Assembly: GCA_002506485.1 (NCBI GenBank)
Contig: DAXQ01000090.1
Location: forward strand, 4,135-50,837
DNA: 46,703 nt
Direction of reading: 5' to 3'
Origin: Euryarchaeota archaeon UBA136
GTDB taxonomy: Archaea; Thermoplasmatota; Poseidoniia; MGIII; CG-Epi1
Every line of letters starts with the position of its first letter. Positions within the stretch are counted from its first letter, which is position 1. Below, in pieces: positions 8,401 through 15,425 of this stretch. The notes under the pieces are model-generated. The model was not told the DNA's origin. It ran no database searches and saw only the letters and a program-made list of their open reading frames with translations. The position numbers were made by a program, and so were the translations under genes.

Positions 8401-10726
8401 ACTTGATGTAAGAGCAGCCACTGATTTCGACAGTGACCAGAAGCTTTCTTCTGGAACATGGACAGTCATAAAGACCTATGAAGGAGATTGTGGTTGTGCA
8501 TGGTCCAGCTCTGATAAAGGGCAATGGGTCGTTGAAGAACTAAGTATGGACGCTTTTGAGGGCTATCAGACCTGGATTGACTTCAGAGTGGTGACTTCGA
8601 ATGGCGGAGGCAAGGGAGTTATGATAGATGACCTGTTAGTCATTGGTAATGAATATCGTAACAACCTAGATATCACAGATGTCTCAACTGATCGCTATGC
8701 AGCTTCTGGTGGAGAGCACGATTTGTCGGTTACAGTTAAGGGAATAGGTTTAGAGCCTCAGACGAGTGTGACGGTTACAGCTGTCATGACAGACTCCAAT
8801 GGTCTGCGTGTATGGCCTGCTGACCATTCCTTCAACTACTTCACACTTCCAATTGCTCTTGAAAAGGGTGAAACCTTTACCATTGATCCAACTACCGGCG
8901 GTAGTGACTGGACTTGGGGTTCCGGCCTTTCGCCTGGAATTTACCAGATGAGAGTCACGGCTTGGAGAGATGATGAACAACAGGTTCATGATGAGAACCC
9001 AGCCAATAACATCAAGACAGTTACAATTGTACTTGGTGCCGCACTTCTGACTGGTGATGAATGGACAACGGGTAGTGGCTGGAGTGAAGGTTCCTATGTC
9101 TGGGACGGAGAAAATGATGGGTCCTTAACATCAGATTCCTTCGATGTCTGGAACAGCAGACCTTTCCTAGTTGTAGAAGCCGAGTATGATCTAACAGCTG
9201 CTCATGTGAAAGCTCAGGTTAGGGCTGGTTCGAGTGGTGCCTGGTATGATATAAAGTGGAGAGATACAGATCAGCAATCAACTTTGTACTCCATACCCGG
9301 AGCAAACTACACCCAGTTGCCAGACCGTTGGACTGGTAGCAGCAGTTTCGATAACGCAACCAAGCAGACTTTCTTTGCTGATTTGGGAAGCGTAGAGCAG
9401 TTGAGTGATGGTTCAGGTAATCTACAGGACCAATACGTCCGTAATTCCATGCAGATTCGTCTGACTGGAACTAACACAGGTGCTGGTGATGGTGGAACTT
9501 TCACCGCATATTATCCATCCGTCTTTGGTTTGGATGACTACTCAGTAGATGTCAAGGAGATATCACCAACTACTCAGAATGGTGAACCATCTTCATCAAC
9601 TGGTGATTCGGTAACTCGAACTTACACGGTTAAGGTGAACAATTATGGAGCCGCTTCGGACGCTGCAGTAGTCGACTTTGTTGTAACAGTCCCTGATAAT
9701 TCCTTTGTCACTTTAGATGATGGAACTAATGCTATAATGGATTCAATCCTTCAGCAGGGTCAAAACAGTGTTGTGGCTATCAAGCCAATAAGTGGTTCAT
9801 GGGGTGGAGGTCGTGATGACACCAGTGGTGGTGATCAAACAGCCTACATCAATGAGGGTGGTCTCATAACCTGGCCCAGTGGAACGACAGAATACTCTTC
9901 CACGACAGGCTGGAGGATAAACAACCCAACCAAGTCCAATTGGGACAGTGTTGCTGGCAAGCCCAGTGAACCAACCGCTTCGAGCCTTGTTGCTCCCGGT
10001 TCGGTAAGTACGGTTTCAGTAGATGTTACCGTTGGTTTTGCGGCTTGGGCTCCACCTGGAACCTATAGTATTCAGGCCGATGCACGTTCTTGGTCTGACT
10101 ATGACAACACTTTCACTAGTGGTGATTCAGATGGTCAAGCAACTATGATCATAGCCAAACCAGACCTTTCAATTGGAAGTGATGTAAGATACATTTCCCA
10201 TGCTACAGGATGGGGTGAATCTGGTGTCGGATGGGAAAAGAAGACCGGAGAAGAGGATCCATACTTCAGTTTCATGTTTGAAGTAATGAACTCTGGCACT
10301 GAGACAGTTGGAACCTTCAAGGTTGGACTATTGGACTTTGAGAGTAATCCTCTGGGTGTTCAAGTGGCAATTTACTGGACCAGTAGTGGTTGGGCTATAG
10401 ATGAGACCAGGACTACAGCTGAAGGCGCTGAGATCGTCGTAGAGGGCAACAAGAAGTTTGTTTCCTTCAAGGCTACTGCAGCGCAGTTAGGTATGTCTGC
10501 AGGTCCCGGAGAAGCTAACAGTGGTGCATACACCTTCTATCTGGCTGTAGATACGGAAGATTCGGTTGCTGAGTCCAACGAGAACAATAACCGTGTTCCA
10601 ATCACTATAACCGCTGTGAAGGAAGTAAACACAGTACCATCTTTCTCATTGTCGCTAATGAGCATGACCTTGAGTGGCTTATTGGCTGCTGTAGGTATTG
10701 CCCTCAGACAGAGAGAAGAAGAGTAA
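5450..10726 (+). CDS. Giant (1758 aa) secreted, membrane-anchored surface protein with CARDB/Ig-like and jelly-roll-like repeat modules
   Basis: N-terminal signal-like segment AIFVVALLAFSGFSLLASAGS. C-terminal TM helix plus charged tail (VPSFSLSLMSMTLSGLLAAVGIALRQREEE). Repeated CARDB-style module ends (GAANNY, PWNNSM, ENPANNIKTV, ESNENNNRVPITI). No HExxH or other catalytic motif seen. Confidence 0.7.
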   Translation: MNANVSKSDSLYGKMTAIFVVALLAFSGFSLLASAGSNDEQESEITSGITLGEALVSDNGVEALSELNMAYPGQEIPIASTMADGAFAPAKQDSGDAKVLLVDDDGENWMSGPWLEASHIATALNDGGYSYDVYRVGRWGGTNKELPSGDTGLSMVDDYEVIIWYSGWNTQIMSSSELAVLQNYLDGNCGGGDSFCTSNRNMFVSTQMSDWFDSCCGSFQNNYMHSDTTYSSYIVVGGTSNPMKGVSGSIFEGKEYSTDTGGVHYLDRPCGNKANDNTATGAFWMDARKGSADGFDKHAVQFPVDGYIGPQTHKAFMFADEIGVFDKRSDRADFFATVLSWMEVTKEQTQNVDIGIGGVDIPNHVQYWRSVESMVPVDLRITVTNYGMLPQASTAVHLKLKNEFGQVLFDSTFDTRAFPEGHPMHVSDSIQSGDSVVFTFNKENDRLQRIYDGVDENKARHVIFTSAGMDRIAVEVMHTGDQGAANNYVQADVGVGMWIENGEQPEDEIGPSITFGDSDVNGANSLDHINFHRISSYDTDADGCGWAVDADTCLADGGSLNKTVGTVYHEGKSSLGMSNKNGWYKSNSDGSCTWGSNSLSDTGCPKFTMEPNQDDWFVSPPLDLSAMEEVVVGMLFSGCMESGDMFVMQISKDGVSWTNLITYSGFCPGEGAWYLWGGSNAKYQGYTLTADWFGSDDTSQVYWRVMADADNDQVTENTQRPFNGWWIDEIVFRGTERITRDVAVGDVTVDNDFIVKNNGGNSLWREINATVINAGEAAWTDLPVKFSVTNLQGEDESGNLDETEPTIANLAGDSRYGDVTPGEGNEDQTELFAVFQCMGANTYYATVEVLVPAGKDYFPWNNSMTVSFRVFDTFFFDDIDSDRDPYSYTTVDRLSTTQNSWVERDIDNDAYSGQYVWQYAKESGYSQSNPSTGGGSDDSLITQDTFDRDGNGDRFQTDVNVDLRAAFKPILSFAIKWNLASGDRLDVRAATDFDSDQKLSSGTWTVIKTYEGDCGCAWSSSDKGQWVVEELSMDAFEGYQTWIDFRVVTSNGGGKGVMIDDLLVIGNEYRNNLDITDVSTDRYAASGGEHDLSVTVKGIGLEPQTSVTVTAVMTDSNGLRVWPADHSFNYFTLPIALEKGETFTIDPTTGGSDWTWGSGLSPGIYQMRVTAWRDDEQQVHDENPANNIKTVTIVLGAALLTGDEWTTGSGWSEGSYVWDGENDGSLTSDSFDVWNSRPFLVVEAEYDLTAAHVKAQVRAGSSGAWYDIKWRDTDQQSTLYSIPGANYTQLPDRWTGSSSFDNATKQTFFADLGSVEQLSDGSGNLQDQYVRNSMQIRLTGTNTGAGDGGTFTAYYPSVFGLDDYSVDVKEISPTTQNGEPSSSTGDSVTRTYTVKVNNYGAASDAAVVDFVVTVPDNSFVTLDDGTNAIMDSILQQGQNSVVAIKPISGSWGGGRDDTSGGDQTAYINEGGLITWPSGTTEYSSTTGWRINNPTKSNWDSVAGKPSEPTASSLVAPGSVSTVSVDVTVGFAAWAPPGTYSIQADARSWSDYDNTFTSGDSDGQATMIIAKPDLSIGSDVRYISHATGWGESGVGWEKKTGEEDPYFSFMFEVMNSGTETVGTFKVGLLDFESNPLGVQVAIYWTSSGWAIDETRTTAEGAEIVVEGNKKFVSFKATAAQLGMSAGPGEANSGAYTFYLAVDTEDSVAESNENNNRVPITITAVKEVNTVPSFSLSLMSMTLSGLLAAVGIALRQREEE

Positions 10727-10756
10727 GCACTCGGATTCACAAAACCTGAGTCGCAA

Positions 10757-10773
10757 AGGGGCCTCTGGCCCCT
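10757..10773. terminator. Perfect GC hairpin (aGGGGCC-tct-GGCCCCt) in the convergent spacer
   Basis: 7-bp stem (six G:C pairs plus a closing A:T) with a 3-nt loop, 31 nt after the giant ORF stop. On the minus strand it is followed by TTTG and then GGTTTTG. Could act for either convergent gene. Confidence 0.4.
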
Positions 10774-10899
10774 CCTTGTACTTCAGCACGCGTTGGTTCA
10801 GCTATTGCTTTAGCCTGAGCTTGCTTGGTGATAGTTGTGGTGCTGCAAGCCTCATTCCCATGGCCTTGAATGCGACTTACAGCGAAGGTGTGATAACAA

Positions 10900-11955
10900 T
10901 CAGTTGATCATCTGAACAGAATCGCCCAGAGAGGATAGACTTTTTTCAATATCTTCTAATTCAGATTCACTTTCAGGAATGGAGGCAACTAGCATAACTA
11001 CTTTCACACTGGAACCCATGGAATCATCGGTTCGCAGTCCCCAGATCAGATTAACATCATCGGAAAGTTCGTATTCTAGAGCTGAGACAACTTCAGAACA
11101 ACTGTTCAACGTAAGTTCATTGCCTGTGGCAATGTGCAGCAAGACAGCCTCTGCACCCTTGTAATCAGAGCCTATGAGTGGACTTAGGATGGGATTACAC
11201 AGAACCGCATCAAGGACATCACCAGGTTCAGAACTCTCGGATTCACCATAGAGGACTTTTGCATTGCCTCCGGTTTCTATAATTTTTCTTAGATCGGCAA
11301 AGTCCACATTAATGGTTGATGGTTCGGTCACTACTTCTGATAAGGACTGTACGGTTTCAGTTATCAGATCATCCATAACTGCGAACGCTTGCCCCATAGG
11401 GTACTTACCTTTTGTAACATCATTAAGTTTTTCATTATCTAACTCTATAACACAATGACAGTTGTTTTTTAGTTCCAGTAATCCTCTGACTGCACATTTT
11501 CGTCTATTGATTCCTTCAGTGCTAAAAGGCAAGACTGCAACACCAATTACCAAGGCCTCGGTATCCCTTGCATATTGCGCAACTACAGGAGCAGCTCCGG
11601 TACCTGTCCCTCCACCCATGCCGGCAATTACGAACACCATATCAGCTCCATCTACCATAGTTCTCAGGATTTCTTCATCTTCCACTGCACATCTTCTTCC
11701 TAAATGCGGATCACCTCCAGCTCCTCTTCCTTGTGTTATTTTTGCTCCTAGGACTGTTTTGAAATCAGCCTGAGAATTATCTAGGTGCATGGCGTCTGTG
11801 TTAAGTGCAAAAGTTTTTACACCCTTTATCTTGCGAGAGTACAAACGGCTCAAGGTATTGTTACCAGCACCACCTACACCTACTATTTTTATTCTTGGAG
11901 GGGCAATAAATTCCATCAGGTCACTACTGTCAAAACTCTCCAGACGATCCATCAT
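10900..11955 (-). CDS. ftsZ: Cell division protein FtsZ
   Basis: Tubulin/FtsZ signatures VGVGGAGNN and GMGGGTGTGAAPVVA, plus LNTDAMHL. 351 aa. Confidence 0.93.
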   Translation of the reverse strand: MMDRLESFDSSDLMEFIAPPRIKIVGVGGAGNNTLSRLYSRKIKGVKTFALNTDAMHLDNSQADFKTVLGAKITQGRGAGGDPHLGRRCAVEDEEILRTMVDGADMVFVIAGMGGGTGTGAAPVVAQYARDTEALVIGVAVLPFSTEGINRRKCAVRGLLELKNNCHCVIELDNEKLNDVTKGKYPMGQAFAVMDDLITETVQSLSEVVTEPSTINVDFADLRKIIETGGNAKVLYGESESSEPGDVLDAVLCNPILSPLIGSDYKGAEAVLLHIATGNELTLNSCSEVVSALEYELSDDVNLIWGLRTDDSMGSSVKVVMLVASIPESESELEDIEKSLSSLGDSVQMIN

Positions 11956-11961
11956 GGAGTT

Positions 11962-12363
11962 CTAGTCACTCCCATAGTCCGAAAAGATCATTTTTCTTCT
12001 ATTGGTCATGGTTCCAACCTCATTACTGAGGAACTGGTACTCTTTTTCATCTTTCAATTTAGCCATAGCATACTTTTCGATAGCTTCAGAAACGAGATGA
12101 TCTATGCTTCCAAATCCCTTCCCCTTAAGATCATGAAGTTTGTCCCTGACCAGTCCAGGTATGGTTATGGGTATTGCCCCTTCAGTTGAAGAGGCAGTGT
12201 TACGATCTAGATATTCATCTAGAGCATTTTGAAGTATTTGATTATAAGATTTAATCTTTACAGCATTGTCCTCATCGGTCGCCCAATATTCCAGTCTAGC
12301 TGCCCTTTCAGGGTCCAAACGGACAGTTAATCGATTTGTAGTTAGAGGTCCTAAGGGGGCCAT
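11962..12363 (-). CDS. Tandem ribbon-helix-helix (CopG/Arc/MetJ-like) DNA-binding protein, possibly related to CdrS/CdrL
   Basis: Two RHH-like modules: LTVRLDPERAARLEYWA..SYNQILQNALDEYL and IPITIPGLVRDKLHDLKGKGFGSIDHLVSEAIEKYA. It sits 6 nt upstream of ftsZ on the same strand. ATG 12363 is preferred over the track's GTG 12414 because a TATA box lies 25 nt upstream of 12363. Confidence 0.6.
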   Translation of the reverse strand: MAPLGPLTTNRLTVRLDPERAARLEYWATDEDNAVKIKSYNQILQNALDEYLDRNTASSTEGAIPITIPGLVRDKLHDLKGKGFGSIDHLVSEAIEKYAMAKLKDEKEYQFLSNEVGTMTNRRKMIFSDYGSD

Positions 12364-12388
12364 GTTATTCCCAAACAAGAGAAAGCAG

Positions 12389-12396
12389 TATATAAA
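12389..12396 (-). promoter_or_regulatory. TATA box (minus strand TTTATATA) for the RHH-ftsZ transcription unit
   Basis: Consensus archaeal TATA. 25 nt separate its 3' end from ATG 12363, implying a leaderless or near-leaderless mRNA. Confidence 0.55.
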
Positions 12397-12411
12397 CTTA
12401 ACGCTTTTTGA

Positions 12412-12424
12412 CACATATAATGTG
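12412..12424. promoter_or_regulatory. Palindrome CACAT-ATA-ATGTG, candidate operator upstream of the RHH-ftsZ promoter
   Basis: Perfect 5-3-5 inverted repeat located 16 nt upstream of the TATA box, in the divergent spacer shared with the PP-loop ATPase gene. Confidence 0.3.
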
Positions 12425-12523
12425 CCATTAATTTTATTATTAGGTATAAATAAATTATCTTATGGTGTCAAATTTGCGTCATACTTTTGGTAGCCTCTAA
12501 TCAATATAAAGTACTATGTATAC

Positions 12524-13453
12524 TTGAGTGTGCCTTGTAAATCGTGCGAACTTGAGCCTGTGATAAGTCGTCGCTATTCTGGAGAAATACTATGCAGAAA
12601 ATGTTTTTTCAGATCCTTTGAGAAGAATGTCGATAGGGAATTGCGTAATCAGATCAATCGCCTTAGTTCTAGTTCTGAGTTGAAGATAAACCGAATTGGA
12701 GTTGGACTTTCTGGTGGAAAGGATTCAACAGTATCTCTACACATTTTGAATATGTACTCTAGGAATAGGGGGATTGACCTTATCGCTCTTTGTGTAGATG
12801 AGGGTATTGAGGATTATCGTTCGGAATCATTGAAGTATGCTAAGAAACAATGTTCTGACCTAGACGTGGAAATAAGAATTTCTTCTTACAAGGATTTGAT
12901 AGGAATGACATTGGATGAGCTTTTGCGGAAGGCCCCTCCCGTTGCTTCCCCCTGTTCACCATGTGGTGTCTTAAGACGTAGATCATTGAATAATATGGCC
13001 AAGAGTGCGAATGTAGATTGTATGGTTTTAGGACACAATCTTGATGATTTCTCTCAAACAGTTCTGATGAACCATTCTAGAGGTGATGTTTCTCGTCTTG
13101 TCAGGATGGCACCACACAGACATGTTCAATCAGGTTTTGTTCCCAGACTGTTACCACTTCGGCGTTTACCGGAACAGGAAGTTTATCTTTATGCATTCTT
13201 AAAAGGTATGAATTTCCATGATGGAGATTGCCCATATGCAGGCAAAGCCCAAAGGAACCTTTTCCGTAAGATACTGCTTGAACTAGAGAATAAACAACCT
13301 GGTACCCGTCATTCTCTTCTTAATGGTATGGAGAAGATAAGAGAGAATTCTCCAGCTCCTTCTGAATTATCCTCATGTCCTTCATGTGGGGAACCATCAG
13401 GAGGAAATGGACCCTGTGTATTCTGCCGTGAATTTGGAAGCTTTGCAGTCTAG
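12524..13453 (+). CDS. tRNA 2-thiolation PP-loop ATPase, TtuA/Ncs6(NcsA) family
   Basis: PP-loop SGGKDS (GVGLSGGKDSTV). N-terminal CxxC...CxxC (CKSC..CRKC), central SPCSPCG, and C-terminal CPSC...CVFC zinc-finger/Fe-S cysteines. Start is TTG 12524 or GTG 12530. Confidence 0.8.
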   Translation: MSVPCKSCELEPVISRRYSGEILCRKCFFRSFEKNVDRELRNQINRLSSSSELKINRIGVGLSGGKDSTVSLHILNMYSRNRGIDLIALCVDEGIEDYRSESLKYAKKQCSDLDVEIRISSYKDLIGMTLDELLRKAPPVASPCSPCGVLRRRSLNNMAKSANVDCMVLGHNLDDFSQTVLMNHSRGDVSRLVRMAPHRHVQSGFVPRLLPLRRLPEQEVYLYAFLKGMNFHDGDCPYAGKAQRNLFRKILLELENKQPGTRHSLLNGMEKIRENSPAPSELSSCPSCGEPSGGNGPCVFCREFGSFAV

Positions 13454-13466
13454 TCTAAAAGGTCTG

Positions 13467-14387
13467 TCAATCTATACTAACCACTAAAATTTGAAATATT
13501 AGATCTTCACCAGCTAGTGCATTTGTTCCAGTTTCCCCATATGCGTCTTTAGCTGGTATTCTAACGGTCAGGGACTGCCCCTCATACATGCCAACTATTT
13601 TTGTATCGAAACCAACTATCAATCCTCTATTTCCTTCACATTCTTCTGGAACTGGGTCAGGGGGAGAAGGACAACCAATATTATTTGCACTAAGTGTGTC
13701 AATGTGCCTATTACCATCCGTTACGGGTTGTTCACCCAATTGGCTATAATGTTTTGAGATTTTATATGAATCCCAAACACTTTCCATACTTGCATCAAAA
13801 AGTCTAGCGTTACTGGCTAATATTCCAGCATAATGCAGGCTTACTGAGTTACCAGTAGATGTCTGGTTGCTAAATTTATAATCAGTATTTACATTCAATC
13901 TTATATTGGCTGTCTGACTAGCATCCCCTCTTGATATAATTTGCATATGAGCATACAATAGTCCAGTGGCCGAAGCTGATGTTTTCACATTGATTATAAT
14001 CGGTTTCATTTTGTCTTTACCCACGATTATTGATTCGTATCCTTCTTCAATAGTTATTACAAATCCACCATCATTGGATTTTACACCAATATCAAACGTA
14101 TCGGTTATGGACCCCGTATTCTCTACTATTAATACAAAGTCAGTGTCATATCCCGGTTCCGTGTTATGATTATTAGTCAGGAGCTTGGCATCTACTCCAT
14201 ATTCCACAACGGGTGTCTCTTCTACCATCGATGTGAAGTACAATGCACTACCAATCAACAGAATAACAAGAAACAATGCGATGAGAGCTGGTCTGGTGTC
14301 TGGTCTAGCCGCTTTGACCCCCTCTTCACGATATGTAGGAATGGCAGCTTTCGGGTTGCCTTTTTTCCTCTTGACTCTCCTCGCCAT
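13467..14387 (-). CDS. Membrane-anchored extracytoplasmic FKBP-type peptidyl-prolyl isomerase with an N-terminal Ig-like domain
   Basis: Basic N-terminus plus TM (PALIALFLVILLIGSALYF). FKBP core VSLHYAGILASNARLFDAS ... GLIVGFDTKIVGMYEGQSLTVRIPAKDAYG ... LIFQILVVSI, with a long insert between the two halves. Confidence 0.72.
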   Translation of the reverse strand: MARRVKRKKGNPKAAIPTYREEGVKAARPDTRPALIALFLVILLIGSALYFTSMVEETPVVEYGVDAKLLTNNHNTEPGYDTDFVLIVENTGSITDTFDIGVKSNDGGFVITIEEGYESIIVGKDKMKPIIINVKTSASATGLLYAHMQIISRGDASQTANIRLNVNTDYKFSNQTSTGNSVSLHYAGILASNARLFDASMESVWDSYKISKHYSQLGEQPVTDGNRHIDTLSANNIGCPSPPDPVPEECEGNRGLIVGFDTKIVGMYEGQSLTVRIPAKDAYGETGTNALAGEDLIFQILVVSID

Positions 14388-14425
14388 ATCTTTGCTACTT
14401 GGATGCTTTACAAAAAGATGACGTT

Positions 14426-15352
14426 CTAATTTCTATGCTTGGAACGGAACAAGAAAGCCTTCAAAGTGTATTTCCATATATCTGGATTTTCTCTCATTCT
14501 TCGAAGGGAATAAGCATACCATTCAGGACCATATGGAATGTAGTATCTTACTTTGTGTCCCTTGTCTCTCAGTCTCTCCAGAGTTTTGTCTATAGGTACT
14601 CCCGACAGGGCTTGAAACTCATATTTATCTTTGGAATATCCAAGCTCTTCGACGAGTGCTTCTATTTCATTTATCAGCCATTCATCGTGTGTGGCAAATC
14701 CTGTATAGACTTCATTTTTAATCATTACTCTGGCAGCGTCTAGATAGTTGTCTCGAACTTCCTGATAACCTTGGTATGCAATTTCTGAGCTCTCCTTGTA
14801 TGCTCCCTTACATAGTCTAAGATTAGTATCGTGTGAGCGATCCTCCTGTACTATTGATCCAATATCATCCACCGTCCTTCTCATGTAAGCTTGGAGCACA
14901 GTTCCACATTTTGGGTAGTAGTCTTTTGCTTTCATACACATGTTGATTGTCGCTTGTGTTACACTAGAATCCTCCATGTCCAGTCTCACAAAATTATCGT
15001 ATTCTCGGGCCTTGTCCAAAACAACGCTTAGATTATCCCAGCAAAGTTCCTCATTGATTCTAAGACCCAGTGCAGTGAGTTTGAGCGATACATTACAATC
15101 TATTCCAAAATTCGTGATTCCTTCGAATAGTTCGCAGTAAGAGTCCCTTACTTTGTTTGTTTCGGTTCTGTTATGGACTTCTTCACCTAATAAGTCTAAG
15201 GTGGCTGAGAAACCTTTGGAGTTAACCAATTTTGATAGCTTTAGACCATCCTCTAATTTATCTCCAGCAACATAAACTGAGGCAATTCTTCCAATAATAA
15301 ACTTTGGCATCCAGGGTGCAGTTCTGACAATAATACCGTTTAGAATGCCCAT
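14426..15352 (-). CDS. Proline dehydrogenase
   Basis: ProDH family motifs [35 protein letters not shown]. The start was moved to ATG 15352 (M54 of the track ORF). That ATG has a TATA box 27 nt upstream and avoids overlapping the divergent icd gene. Confidence 0.85.
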   Translation of the reverse strand: MGILNGIIVRTAPWMPKFIIGRIASVYVAGDKLEDGLKLSKLVNSKGFSATLDLLGEEVHNRTETNKVRDSYCELFEGITNFGIDCNVSLKLTALGLRINEELCWDNLSVVLDKAREYDNFVRLDMEDSSVTQATINMCMKAKDYYPKCGTVLQAYMRRTVDDIGSIVQEDRSHDTNLRLCKGAYKESSEIAYQGYQEVRDNYLDAARVMIKNEVYTGFATHDEWLINEIEALVEELGYSKDKYEFQALSGVPIDKTLERLRDKGHKVRYYIPYGPEWYAYSLRRMRENPDIWKYTLKAFLFRSKHRN

Positions 15353-15373
15353 TGAATCACATGCAAAACCGTG

Positions 15374-15385
15374 TTTATTATATAA
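15374..15385 (-). promoter_or_regulatory. TATA box for proline dehydrogenase (plus-strand tttattatataa)
   Basis: Centre lies about 27 nt upstream of ATG 15352 on the minus strand, which is leaderless geometry. Confidence 0.45.
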
Positions 15386-15395
15386 CATCCGTGGT

Positions 15396-15406
15396 CGATT
15401 TATACA
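15396..15406 (+). promoter_or_regulatory. BRE/TATA element CGATTTATACA for icd
   Basis: TATA centre lies about 24 nt upstream of ATG 15426. The identical 11-mer recurs at 28946-28956. Confidence 0.5.
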
Positions 15407-15425
15407 GGCCTGTCTAGCCCCGATT

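Noticed and set aside
10698-10907. 69-aa plus-strand ORF covering the convergent spacer
   Set aside because: It starts inside the giant ORF's C-terminal anchor region and ends inside the ftsZ 3' end. It has no RBS or TATA box and an odd Ser/Leu-rich composition. The spacer is more plausibly non-coding (see the finding on its structure).
11785-12189. 134-aa plus-strand ORF spanning the ftsZ start and the RHH gene
   Set aside because: It is antisense to two well-supported genes and crosses their 6-nt junction. It has no motifs and no promoter.
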